The translations under genes were made by a program, and so were the position numbers. The notes under the pieces are model-generated. The model searched no databases and had not been told where the DNA came from. It saw only the letters and a list, made by a program, of their open reading frames with translations. A DNA stretch of 63,942 bases, filler included, from Choristocarpus tenellus KU-1152 (taxonomy: Eukaryota; Protista; Phaeophyceae): NCBI GenBank assembly GCA_964200185.2. It is 10 parts of 10 records of this genome, joined end to end, with 100 filler letters (N's around TTAATTAATTAA, not from the genome) between each part and the next. Parts side by side here need not be neighbours in the genome. Positions count along the whole stretch, not along the records: positions 1 to 7,065 come from CAXNAD020006758.1; positions 7,166 to 11,465 come from CAXNAD020015225.1; positions 11,566 to 24,721 come from CAXNAD020001567.1; 7 more parts are not named here. One strand, given 5' to 3'. Below are positions 1 through 11,814 of this stretch, in pieces. How positions within the stretch are numbered: the first letter of the stretch is position 1; each line of letters opens with the position of its first letter.

Positions 1-3000
1 CTCTCCTTCCCCTTCCTCCTCATCCACATTACCTCCGTCACGGGGCAGCGCCAGGTCAAACCGCACCGCACGCCTGTGAAGGTGGTTCACAGCTGTGCAG
101 GTCACCTCCTCCAACCCACCAACACTCTCCTCCTCCTCCTCCTCCTCCTCCTCATTCGGCTTCTGCTCCTGCTCCTGCTCATCTTCCCCTCCTTCCCCTA
201 TCCTCTCACCCACCAAACTGTTAAGTTCTCCATCACGCAAACACCTCTCGGCTCTCTCCCCTTCCCTGGGCACTGGTACTGCAGCTGCCGTAGCCCTTGC
301 CCGTGTCGGAGATCCATTGGTGGTACGGCAGCCCTTGTACTTGATTACCAAAGAACTGAGGTCCTGGTAGAGCTGTAGAATTAATCTCTGAGTCTCAAGC
401 TTTGTTTCTAACCCCTTCACCTTCGTCTCAAGGCTCTGGACATACTCATCTCTCAAAGGAATTGCTGGGGCAAGGAGGGCAGCAGTTGCATCAGCAACCA
501 GGGGCGGAGAAGAGGTAGGGGCTAACCTAGAGTTGCAGCCAGAGCTATGTACAGAATCCAAGGGAATCTGGCATTTGCACACACAACTCTCTGCCCTATC
601 TCTCAGTTCAAAGGCTTGACTCCTGTTGGAGGAGCAAAGGTGAAGGAGAGGAGATGAGAGGGAAGGAGAGAAAATGGGAGGTGAAGGGGGGATGAGGGAA
701 TTGGGGTTGAAGCAGGAGGATAGAGGCACGTCAGGCAGCTGTACTGCCATCACAGGTCGCTTGCCTTGTTGTGAGAAAAGTCCACAAGGCGGTGACCTGC
801 TGTAGTTATACTATCAATCCCTCATGGCACAATAACCAATACGGAAAAGAGGATAGTGGCAGGGGGGAGGAGGCTATCTCTAATATCGTAAACCTTAGCC
901 ATTGGATATTGATAAGTCTATTTCCACATTTACGACAGCTGGCTATTCGATACTCTTTCATTGTCAGGCGTCCATCCTCAGGTAGAAAATGACAAATCTC
1001 CTTGATCCAAACCGACAAAAAGGCCACCATTAGGATAATTTCAACCAATAGTAGAGTGTTACTATATCTCCACGGCACAAACATCCCCATAACTTGGATC
1101 CACTCTGCATGCAGGCAATGGTTACAGTCATCCGCTTAATACTTTCCACTTCAACTAGTAGAGACACAAACATAGCAAGGGGTTTACCCAAGGGGTTGGA
1201 TGCTTGAAATATCACACCTTCCTGGCACTCAAGAGACTTACACATAGAGAACTTGAGGCTAACCAGAGGAGTAGTTTCTTTGGGGAAGGGGATACAAAGG
1301 GCTCTACTGCATCTCAGCAGTAACCATTACATGCACCATTACATGCACATTGCTTCAAGGTAATCAATGACAAAAGCACTCATCATAGGGATGAGGGCTG
1401 CAGGAAAAATAGTTTAAACTATCACACTAACTAAAAGAGAGAGTGCAGGACTACATCATTAGCCCCATCTCTACAGACTATGACTTGTAGAAGTAGATCT
1501 TGAAAACAGCACTTATAAAATGAGAGAGTGCCCAGAACACCAACCTGTGGAAGCAAGCAGGTGAGGTGTAGCTACAAGGGTGAGTGCATTAGGACACTAC
1601 AACTCTTTAACATGATCTATCAATCCCTTTGCCATTGTCATCTTCTGTGTTTGAACCCATACACTCCAAGATAAGAAACATGCATCACAGCAATTGTAGC
1701 GCATGACCGCCAATAGACTAAAGAGACAGGACTCTTTGTCATATACTTGAGGATGTAGTCACACAAAATATCATACGATGTGGTCAATGCCATCATGAGA
1801 CCAACAATAAATTTACAAGGCATCTCAAGTGTGAATTCCTAGAAAAGGACTAGCTATTCGAAAGCATACCTCTGGACCTATCACACTCCCCATGATATTA
1901 CATGGTTCAATCTCTAGAGGTGTACTTCCATACAAATCTGCATCATATGTGAGCGCATGGTAGACCATCTGACATATCAAAGTAGCAGCAGAAGAAAAGC
2001 AGAACATGACCAGATCACCACAGGAAACCAATTGTAGTATAATACACACACAGAGAAGTATAGTTAGCAGGACTTTCTATCACCTGAGATGGGTGATGAG
2101 CTCCTGTTGGGCATTCTCCCGTTCACTAGTGAGCACCCGAAATTCTTTCAGTTGTCTCTCTGCCTCTGTCTCCCTCAGAAACGATAGCTCCTCGTAGCGC
2201 CCCCTCCAGTATGCCACCTCCCCTGCACCCCCGTCCCCAACCCTTGCCCCACTTGCCATCACTCCAGCTAGCAAGTGCTCACCGTTGGTGGTGGGGTTGA
2301 CTGTTACTAAGTCAATTTCCTGCGCGATTGCTGTCTGATGTATTTTGGACTTGTCTTCAATGTTCGACATGGCTCCGAGGAGCGAGTTTAGCTCTGCCAT
2401 GAATGCTTCTTGCGCTGCTGAGAGCTTGGCTGGTTGAGATAGAAAGAATGGAGGAGGGCGCAGAGGAATGTAAAGAACACCTTGTGTTTTGTTTGGATAA
2501 CAGTTGTCGACTTAAGCGAGAGACAAGGCACATGAGTAGCAAGGTAGATTGAGGGTTGAACTCATGCACTGTGTCACTAAGAGATGGGAAGATCAGGCAA
2601 TTTGAAAGCCGATCCTAACGACATCTCCAGAGTAGTTCGGCCATAATACCATACACTCCTAGAATGAAACGGTAGCAACTAAAGACACAGTTGGGGGTCG
2701 CACCAGGATGTGTTGGAGTTGCGGTAAGGGAGACCTTCTTCCGACGCTTGCTCGTACCAACGGGAGACCCCAGATCAGACGATGAGCTTAGTATCACCTT
2801 CATTGCGCCGCTGGCACCGCCACTCTCCGGGCATCCTACGGTATCCAAGTTGTCACATTTTCGTTTGCCAATACTAGCAACTGGCGATGTCTCGTTCCCA
2901 GCACTCCTCTTCGACTTCTCACTCTCCTTGGGAGATACTACCAAATCTGCAGGTGTCTTTTTTTTTGCATCTTCCACTCGTTGCGTTAAGGGCGGTGTGG

Positions 3001-3666
3001 CTTGGCCCGTTCTACCAGTTGCCACATAACTCGACGCAGTAGACCCCTCAGGGTGTTCAGGGGGGATCTCTTTCGGCAGCTCTACCAGAGGCTCAGGTGA
3101 CTCTCTCAAGGGTAATATCGGTTCAGTTGGAGGAAGATCTCTACATTTAACAACTCCTGTACTCTGCACAGGTGCAGTCTCAGCTGGTGTGCAGTTGATA
3201 AGGTTTTCCTTGCCACCTTTTTTTTCAGAGCTGCGTCCCTTATTTAACTTCTTGGTGACCTTGCCCCTGGTCGATCGAGAGACCGATGGATTGGACCTTT
3301 GTGTGAGGGGTGTTGTGACTTTCTTCAGGTGTTTAACATCCATTTCCTGTGGTCTTGGTCGCTTCAAGGCCTCCGCCTTCTCCACTCCTCGGAGCATTGC
3401 CAGGGTGAGCTCCCGTGGTTCTGTATAATCAACCTACGAAAATATGAATATGGAGTGACAGGTAAATTGAGATTCCGACAATAACTGAAACAGGAACGCA
3501 CTCCGTTATTGTGGATTAGTCCACGATGATGGAGAAAAATTCACTCAAGTCCAACAGCTCCCCTGCCTACATGTCTCAACAATTATCCACAACATATGTT
3601 AGAAGCTGTCGTTGTTTGCATTATGGTATCTCTCACGCTTTTGCGGGTCCGAAGTGCACGCCCCAT
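1..3666 (-). CDS. Monopolin subunit Csm1/Pcs1 (TITAN9)-like kinetochore protein, 3'-partial
   Basis: Exons 3666-3637, 3433-2704, 2429-2084 and 622-<1 splice with GT-AG and matching phases (0,1,2). Protein: MGRALRTRKSVDYTEP, a long disordered region, coiled coil YWRGRYEELSFLRETEAERQLKEFRVLTSERENAQQELITHLR, then LILQLYQDLSSLVIKY...VTCTAVNHLHRRAVRFDL, resembling the Csm1 coiled coil plus the start of the RWD-like domain. Exon 4 is missing from the ORF track because it has no start codon. Confidence 0.75.
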
Positions 3667-3966
3667 GATGATACCTACTCCTTCACCAGAGAAACTGACG
3701 GGATACAATGTTGGCACCGACAACGAAGTGCGGTCACCACCACGGCGAGAGAAGAAACAAAAGGGAGAAGACGGTAGGTGTGGGGATAATAGTAGTAGTG
3801 TACAAATTTGTAAAAGAAATAGCAAACGGACAGAATCAATATCGTATCATTGACGTCTTGGTTGTGACCGTATATAATGTAGTTGTAGTATCACCAAATC
3901 TATCATTGTTCTCAACAAGACCCATGAACACAATACACCCCACATCTTCTTCACGTTGGAAGCCCA

Positions 3967-4878
3967 TGTCTGCCCCAGCCAAGGCCAAGAGCGTGAGGCC
4001 ACCAGAAAAGGGTGCTTTTCCTCTTGACCACGATGGCGAATGCAAACCCCAAATGAAGGTCAGAGGAATAGTCCAGCGACCCAGTTTACACTGGCATCTC
4101 TCTCTCTCTCTCCTCTCTTTTCAATCGTTTGTACTGTAGTTTTTGTTTTGATATACCCTTGTCAACTTTGAATGTGATGATGACATATTCCCCTATTCGG
4201 TACCCTTGTGACTGCTACCCTGCTCATGAAGTCATTCTTACAGTGCCTGCGCCAAAGTGAAGGTGATCATTTGCCATGCAAATCCTTGTCCAAGGTATAC
4301 CTGGCCTGCCGCATGGAGAGGTGAGCACCAATGCTTGTTGGATGTACATCTGGCATCCCGAAGAACTACGTTGAATAAAAATGCCTCAAGTTCCCTAGTT
4401 GTAGAAGTATCTCTTGCACAAATCTGGACTGGCCACAGACACACTTTTGTCCTGCCCCATCTGGTGGTTTTCCTAGACAATTGACCACAAACGTATCTAT
4501 AAAGGACTGAACATTGCACTCTATTCTCTACCCTGCACCCCCTATCCCTACCCTGAAGAAACCTGATGGCTCAAGAAGACTTGGATAAGTTGGGGTTTTC
4601 TTCGGAGGGGCAATACGAACGAATACGGCAAGGGATCACGGTCGAGGAGGGCAAGAAGGAAGGTGAGCAAGTATGATATCCTTGCTCCAAGCTCTGCTTT
4701 AAGCACAATTTCCTCAACCTCTGGATGTACCAGTTGTTTGCTTTGGAATTCCTTCCAATCACTGAAGTTACGACATCCTCTGAACTCATCTCACTATGCC
4801 TTTCCTGTCTCAGGATCTGGTTTTATCGGGGGCACTCACATCAAGCAACGTGGTGGGGGCTGGCTCTCTTCAAAGTAG
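3967..4878 (+). CDS. COX19: Cytochrome c oxidase assembly protein COX19 (twin CX9C), complete
   Basis: Exons 3967-4058, 4232-4320, 4559-4662, 4814-4878 give MSAPAKAKSVRPPEKGAFPLDHDGECKPQMKSFLQCLRQSEGDHLPCKSLSKVYLACRMERNLMAQEDLDKLGF...WLSSK*. PPEKGxFPLDH, two CX9C motifs and CRMxRxLM are diagnostic. Alternative in-frame ATG at 3923. Confidence 0.95.
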
Positions 4879-7065
4879 AACGTTTCAATGGCGCCACCCA
4901 CCTTCCTTGAACTAACTTTTATTTTATTTTCCACGAGTTGATGCCGATACCACTCGAGGCAGCGGCCCCTCGTTTGTGGCGGGGCGCCTTGGGTATTAAA
5001 GCAATTGAGACACCTCGGAAATCGAAAAGTTGGATCCTACACCCCCTCTCTTGTCCTCGGTACCACTCCAAGCCCTTACGGCACGACCTAGATAATATCT
5101 GGCTTGCTGCCTGGTATTCATTACAATCGGTGGGACAGGATGGTCCTCTGTCCCGGTTATCACCGCATGTGGAATGAGTCATGTGACACGGAATGAGTAG
5201 AACACAAACCACATTGAGTTCCTTCTCCGTTGAAAGGATTATGGGTTAGGGTCAATTATGGTTGAAGCCAATTTATTGTGTGGATCGCTGTGCAGTCTCC
5301 CTCCCATGGGTCGCCCGAAAAAAACATTGTCTACCCAAGCAATTCCCCACCACCTTACCCCCTCTCCCCCAGGAAGATGTCAAAGGTCAGACCACCCTTG
5401 GAAGGAGAGGAGGATTGCATTAGAGTGCATCCATCCACTTTGCACGGTTAATTCTGGGTCGGGTTTGTTGACAAGTGGGTGAAATGCACGTTTTCCCTTG
5501 AGCACAAGGAAGTGACTACAGAGGTACTGTAAATACAGGGTCAGTGTCACCCACTTTTACCATGCATCAAGCTCAACAGTTCAGACAAAGAACATACACC
5601 AACATTATCGAACTTCAGTTGTTCTGTGGAGAAGAGTGTTCAACCTCACATGACAAGATAGTTTCTTTACTGATTAGCAAATAAACACATTGATGGTCAT
5701 TTTTGGATTGTGTACTCCCTGAGCAGTCTATACCACTATGCAACTGGTGGACCACACACTCATAAGTGAAAAATCCCCGAGGAAGACAGTGCACTACATT
5801 CCCAGTGTACACACCTGTAGGAGATAAGAAAAGTGTGGTACAAATCATCACATGATCTGCAGTTTTGATTTTCGGGGCAACAAGCCTACTCCTTGTATAG
5901 GGAGGCGAAGCAGGCATAGATGTATGCAGGGTGGTAGTATAATGTAATGAAGTACACCATGCTTTGCTGAGGTGTGGTAATACATGTGATAAAAATCCAG
6001 GTAAGTTATTGGACAGGCAAGAGGTGTGTGTCCCCTGCCAGACTTTTCATGCTAGTTTGTGGTACACTGTCTGAGGAAATCACAATCATCCGAGCCGGCA
6101 TTCGGAAGGTTTTGCCAGATTGGTCAGCAGAATAGTCTTGACAGTGGAGTATATCGTTTACAGTATTCTGGGTACTTGCGTTGTACTGTCAACAGTTCCA
6201 TCACGGCAGCAAAAATCAACCTACCTTGCTATGGGCCGCCAACAAAACCCCCCTGATTTCCATTCCAGTTTGTCACTACTCCATAACCACGTAACAGCAA
6301 CAATCAGGTATCACAAGGACCAGAACAGAATCTGTATTAAAATGCTTAGTTAAGAGCTGTAGATGAGCAGGACAGGGAAATTTTAATATGAATTCATAGT
6401 CATAAAATCGTATCCTCTCAGCTATTGGTCTGTATCCTGCACAAGAACACCCCACTCCATATGCAAGCACATAGTTCCTATCACAGTGGTTTTATTCTAC
6501 ACTGTATCATTTGTTGATGCCCCTAACGGCATCATTTATTTTCTATTTAAAGGTACACAATCTGAGCACACTTCCAGATGAGGAATTCAAGACCGGGCAC
6601 TGTTATCCAGTCCAACCCTGCTGCATGAGCTCAAGTGTTGTAAAAACAATCCGCATGCTCTGGGAGAGCACCGCAGCCTCCATGGGAGTGCGTGGCTCGT
6701 CTGCTTCCCTCCGCATGACCTCCTCCATCTGTTATCAGCAACGGCAGAAATAGGGGGGATGTACACAGATTCCTTTGTGGATGAGTCAAGGTGGGATGGG
6801 AAGGCGTTGGGTGCATCGCTTGTGTGCCTAAGTATTTTTAAGAGCATACAAAACTGAGCGCAAGTGCTTGGTTGTACTTTGGTAAGTCACAAAAATCCCA
6901 GACCAGGATGTATGCAACTTGGGCCTTGCGTGTGGACTAGCGGGCCAGCTATTTGCAGAAGTTACCGAGTCATGCAGTGCTATCCTAATACTGTTCGTAT
7001 TTCTGCTAGTTGAACAAAAGCTGAACTGGGTCAAAGTATTTGGGGGTCAAAGTATCTTGGGGGGG

Positions 7066-7165
7066 NNNNNNNNNNNNNNNNNNNNNNNNNNNNNNNNNNN
7101 NNNNNNNNNTTAATTAATTAANNNNNNNNNNNNNNNNNNNNNNNNNNNNNNNNNNNNNNNNNNNN
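7066..7165. other. Artificial contig linker N44-TTAATTAATTAA-N44 (first of nine)
   Basis: Same 100-nt spacer, with stops in all six frames, at 7066, 11466, 24722, 28784, 41442, 46683, 50211, 58412 and 61138. Confidence 0.99.
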
Positions 7166-7300
7166 CTTTGGGGCCAAAATCTGGAAAAGTGCACTTACAT
7201 TGTCCACCAGACGTATGCAACCATATCACCCCAAAATCGCGACATGAAAAAATCGACCCCAAATGGACGACCTCCCCCCCTCCCCCCTCAGACTCTTTAA
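7166..7300. repeat. Fragment of a G/C-tract TIR repeat family at contig ends
   Basis: Shares AAAAGTGCACTT.CATT.TCC.CC.GACGTATGCAACCA with 28884-29005 (inverted). Related AAAGTATCTTGGGGGG / CCCCC..ATACTYTGGGTC ends at 7029-7065, 28975-29004 and 41542-41591; the termini resemble MITE family 1. Confidence 0.65.
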
Positions 7301-8170
7301 GCCTCCCTTCCTTCCCAGGTGCTATGTTTGTGATATATATGTATGAAGAAATGAATTAGAAAATAAAAGGTGTGGATGGAATCGTTATCATCTTTACTTT
7401 TTGGGGGTGGTTTTTATTTGTTTGCTTCTATAATATTGTTTTGTGTCTACCAAGTTTCACAATCTTACTATACATCCAATGCAGAATAATTTCGGTAGAG
7501 GTTTATTTTGCCATAAATCAGGTCAGAGTTTGTCTATTCCCATCTCAAACGAGACCGTTGTGTGTGACATTCACCGGGTATCAGAGAAGTTGATGGATCA
7601 TCTCTTGCTAACATCACCAGCAGCATTTTGGACCACACCTACAGGGTAAAACACAAGGCTGCCACACATTTACACTTTTTGATGTTTATCATTACCCCTG
7701 CTTGTACATTCGTTGCTTGGTGTATGAACAGGAGACAAGAGACAATATTTTTTCCATCATGTGAACATGGGTGTCAATGGACGCACTCAATGCTATTTTG
7801 ATCTTTGTGGTTCAGAAAGGGAATTGTATGTTTCCTAAACGACACCAGTGATCGTATAATCTGTATAACATCACAAAATGTGTAGTTGCATACTAAGTAC
7901 AACATATGTTCTGTTGAATGTGGGACGTGTTGGCAATGCAAGAATGCACAGCTTGGGTCTGATAGTTAGCACTGGCTGGTGAGTCACAGCGCTGACAATT
8001 CTCTCTCCCACAAGTCAAAAGTTTTGTCCCCGTCCCAATAATTGAAAAAATGGTGAGATAGTGACAAATTACTATGCAGATGCCATGGAAGACAACAACT
8101 CCCTGCCTTGCTGATGATGTGAATGGTTCCCCTGACACTGGGAGAAAGTGAAAACATTGGTCGAGACAAA

Positions 8171-8431
8171 GAGTCTAAGCACTTAAGAGGGTAGAGTCGC
8201 ATTCGTTCGGGATCCGTAAGGTCAATGTTGCGATTTTGGTGAATTTTGGCTACCATTGTGTTTGTAAGCAAGTGTCAATATCCTTGCTCCGGGCACACCT
8301 TTCATAGTCGTGTATATTTTAGGTATCCGTGTTACACATAAAACCGAAAAATGGCATAAATAACCGATAAGAAGCCAAACCCCGAACCAGCAAACATGGC
8401 AAACCTCCCACCCTCTAAAATGCTTTGGGTC
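8171..8431. mobile_element. MITE family 1, older diverged copy
   Basis: GAGTCTAAGCACTTAAGAGGGTA ... CACCCTCTAAAATGCTTTGGGTC, 261 bp, internal sequence similar to the other copies. Confidence 0.7.
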
Positions 8432-8908
8432 AAGCTTCTGTGCCTTAGGATATGGTTAACATACTACTCTGCTACTGCGTCAAACACTACATGCGAGGTT
8501 GAAGCAGGAATACAACGAGTTCTTTGTAAATTCCACAACTATTGGGACTATGCCACATCAAACCACAATACCTTGTCTCGTGATATGTGTGAGCTACCTC
8601 TGATGATGAGATATTTCCTGTCGTATGCTATACCTTGCCATTATATCTTCTCCAATGTACTACCTATTGCCACTACCACAGAGGGTCTAGCCTCAGAAAG
8701 TCAAAAACACGCGCAATAAAAGTGTTAAACACAATAATGCAGGCCGGAACAACTTACAATCATGCACATGTGTGTACACTATTGGAGGAGAGGCAACACA
8801 TACACACACCTTCAATATAGTTACACAAAAACACAGACAAGTGTGCACAAAAACTTTGTGCGCCATACTGTGTCACAGATAACACTAGTTATTCGATATT
8901 CTCCCCTT

Positions 8909-9166
8909 GAGCCAAAGTACCTTAGAGGGTAGAGCCACGTCCATTTGGGGTCAAAATCCAATGTTGCAATTTTGATGCAATTTTGGCTATCATGTTTGTT
9001 AGGAGATGTCAATATCCTTGTTCCGGATACACCTTTTCATAACTTACTCGTTTTACCTACTCCTAAACATTTTGGAGCAGGTAAAATGTCATAAAAAACG
9101 CGTGGGAAGCCAAGCCCCAAATGGACAAACAGGGAAAAACTCATACCCTCCAAGATACTTTCACTC
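8909..9166. mobile_element. MITE family 1 (~258 bp, ~23-bp TIR)
   Basis: GAGCCAAAGTACCTTAGAGGGTA ... TACCCTCCAAGATACTTTCACTC, flanked by CTT/CTT. A truncated copy follows at about 9192-9350. Confidence 0.9.
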
Positions 9167-9757
9167 CTTGCTGAAAGCAAGCAGCATTAAAGGGCCAAAA
9201 TAACCTACAGGGTAGAGCCGGATCCGTTTGGGGGCAAAATCCAATGGCGCGATTTTGTTAAAATTTGCCTTTCGTGTTTGTTAGGAAGTGTCAATATCCT
9301 AGTTCTGGATACACATTTTCATAACGTATACATTTTACCTACTCCGAAACAAGGGAATAACACCGCCCCTACCCAACTGTCATCTAAACAACAAACCAGG
9401 CAACTCTTCTGCTCTAGTTCGATCCTATAAATCACATTCAGGAGAACTATGTGTTGCTCTTACAGTCTTGGTTTCTGGAGGGATATCATCCGATAACACT
9501 CTAATAAACTCATCACTCACACAAATCATAAGGGTAGTCTCAATGGAAAACAGACAAAACATATCAAACAATGCAACTCTTGTAAAACAAAACGGCAGAA
9601 ATATCAAAGGAGTTTGCACAGCTACCAGGTGAAGTGCTGCAGAATGGTGATGTCCAGCATTCAGTCTCCACTTCCTGAACTTTCACCACTCCAGGAAAAA
9701 TGATTGCATCATAATCTTGTACCTCCATCCAAACATTTGATGTCGACCCTCATATTC

Positions 9758-9826
9758 ACCTTAGGGTCAGGGTCCTAACCCAAACCCTTACCCTAATCCT
9801 AACCCTAATCCTAACCCCGTTACCCT
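9758..9826. repeat. Interstitial degenerate telomere-like (CCCTAA)n tract
   Basis: CCTAACCCAAACCCTTACCCTAATCCTAACCCTAATCCTAACCCC preceded by inverted TTAGGGTCAGGG. Similar tracts at 19009-19090 and 23408-23441. Confidence 0.75.
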
Positions 9827-10130
9827 CGATCAGTCCACGAGATACAATTCTCAACCCCCCCCAGCTCTTGGACTGAGAGCAAATACACCCTCTAGTTATT
9901 GAGAGATGTGAAGGGAAATGTACGGATAACAACACACAAGACACCAAAACTGTCTTGTCTTCATGCTTCATCAAGGAGAGGATGTTGTAGCCATCATCGT
10001 GGGGGGTTACAGATACCAGGAGTTTCCCCCACCCTAAACAGGGGAACAAATTATCATTCGCGTCATTGTGGTCATCCAGAGAATCTAGCATATCAATTTG
10101 GAGAACTTTCTCTGACATTTGGTGTCCTAT

Positions 10131-10388
10131 GAGTGAAAGTATCTTAGAGGGTACGAGTTTTTCCCTGTTTATCCATTTGGAACTTGGCTTCTCACAAGTG
10201 TTTTATTGCATTTTCATACTCCCAAATGTTTCAGAGTAGGAAAAATGTATATGTTATGAAAAGGTGTGTCCAGAACAAGTATATTGACACTCCCCAGTAA
10301 ACACGCTAGGCGAAATTATATCAAAATTGCAACATTGGATTTTGGACCTCAAACGGACACACTCCTACCCTCTAAGATACTTTGACTC
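10131..10388. mobile_element. MITE family 1, inserted in Copia gag
   Basis: GAGTGAAAGTATCTTAGAGGGTA ... TACCCTCTAAGATACTTTGACTC, 258 bp, flanks CTAT/CCAT. Confidence 0.92.
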
Positions 10389-10618
10389 CCATGGATCATC
10401 AATCACCACCTGGCTCACCCAGTCTAGCATAGCGGTAAAGGTGATCTGGGGGTTGGAGCCCCACGACAATTTAACTTTCATCACCATCTTCTGCAATCTT
10501 GCGATTTCCTCATCGGAATGATTGATCAAATATTCTCTCAATTGTCTCCAAGCCTCCGATGGTGACACTGCATTGCAAACAATGCATCTGTAGAAGCCAC
10601 TGGTACTCCTCAGCAAAA

Positions 10619-10879
10619 GAGCTAAAGTATCTTAGAGGGTAGAGCCGCATCTGTTTGGAGGCCAAAGTCCAATGTTGTGATTTTGATGTAATTTTGGCAA
10701 TTGTGTTTGTTAGGAAGTGTCAATATCCTTGTGCTGGACACACCTTTTCATTAATGTGTACGTTTTACCTACTCCGAGATATTTTGGAGGAGGTAAAATA
10801 TAAGAAAAAAACTCGTGGGAAGCCAAGCCCCAAATGCACGAACAGGGCAGAACTCGTACCCTCTAAGTTACTTTCTGCG
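10619..10879. mobile_element. MITE family 1, inserted in Copia gag
   Basis: GAGCTAAAGTATCTTAGAGGGTA ... TACCCTCTAAGTTACTTTC, flanks AAA/AAA. Removing the element plus one AAA restores the gag frame (YDV-LLRS). Confidence 0.9.
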
Positions 10880-11317
10880 AAACGTCATATGCCTTTTTGG
10901 CCTTGACGACCTCATCTCCACTCAAATCTTCCCCCTTGGTGAAGATTACGTCGCCCACTCTAAGAGGGTCCTCCCTCTCCTCCAGTGCTTGGTCGAGTGT
11001 TGAAACATGGGCTACTCATTTGTTTCTTGTTGATATGATACACAATACTGCCAGCTTGTACTGACTGTTGATTGGTGCGCTGCACTGGTTGTTAGTGTCC
11101 ATTTATNNNNNNNNNNGACAGTAGATAGAAGAATAGCATCAGTTGATATTCAGTTGATCCACATCACACACAGGAACATCATAGCACACGTCATCTAAGT
11201 TACTTCGGAACTTCAAGTGCGTCCCAATGTTACCTTGTGTTCTGTTCGTAGATAGTGCTGCTGATACACTATAGACACCATCGGTGGAGTAGATTAGGAA
11301 AGATACATACCACCAGT

Positions 11318-11385
11318 GGGATAATGGAATAATGGCGTAAAGGAATAATGGGATAATGGAGTAATGGGGTAAAGGAGTAATAAGG
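11318..11385. repeat. Degenerate 8-9-bp tandem repeat (GGRRTAATG-like)
   Basis: gggataatggaataatggcgtaaaggaataatgggataatggagtaatggggtaaaggagtaat. Confidence 0.7.
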
Positions 11386-11814
11386 AAAAAGTAGTGATCG
11401 GAGTAGAGACCACAAAGGCCCTTGTAATATTAACATTGTTCATCTATACCAAGCTGTTCTTTGTCNNNNNNNNNNNNNNNNNNNNNNNNNNNNNNNNNNN
11501 NNNNNNNNNTTAATTAATTAANNNNNNNNNNNNNNNNNNNNNNNNNNNNNNNNNNNNNNNNNNNNAGTTAGTACATTTCTGGATACAAACCTTCAAACGT
11601 TCTTGTCATAAGCTTCATTTGATATTTTATGTTGTTGCATACTTCTTGTGGCAATACAGTGAAAAAAATACAAGATTTCTCCAGGACGCTAGGCTATTTA
11701 TTGGTACCACTTTATATTTGAAAAATCTTGAACACTCCTTGAATATCGTTTTTCTGTATCAATAGTGATGATTTTCAACCGATTCCGATCGCAACCCAAA
11801 CGATACTATTATGT

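Larger units (their letters stand above)
9350..11010 (-). mobile_element. Degenerate Ty1/Copia retrotransposon (gag, integrase C-terminus, pre-RT segment) interrupted by two MITEs
   Basis: Gag-like KAKKAYDVLLRSTSG...PSEAWRQLREYL...EIARLQKMVMKVKL...GHQMSEKVLQIDMLDSL; pre-RT segment IPPETKTVRATHSSPECDL*DRTRAEE. 9487-9570 is clearly similar in nucleotide sequence to 44622-44705 in the second Copia relic. Confidence 0.75.

Noticed and set aside
76-378. Plus-strand poly-Leu and poly-Ser ORFs in the track
   Set aside because: Antisense shadows of the poly-Glu-coding Csm1-like exon; the same applies to the shadow ORFs over the PPR, IFT74 and MMTAG2 exons.
623-2083. Short ORFs inside intron 3 of the Csm1-like gene
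   Set aside because: No motifs; probably decayed repeat sequence.
8171-10879. Repeated AAAGTATCTTAGAGGGTA / TACCCTCTAAGATACTTT as a CRISPR-like array
   Set aside because: The repeats are inverted pairs around a conserved ~215-bp body with TSDs, i.e. MITEs; no unique spacers and no cas genes.
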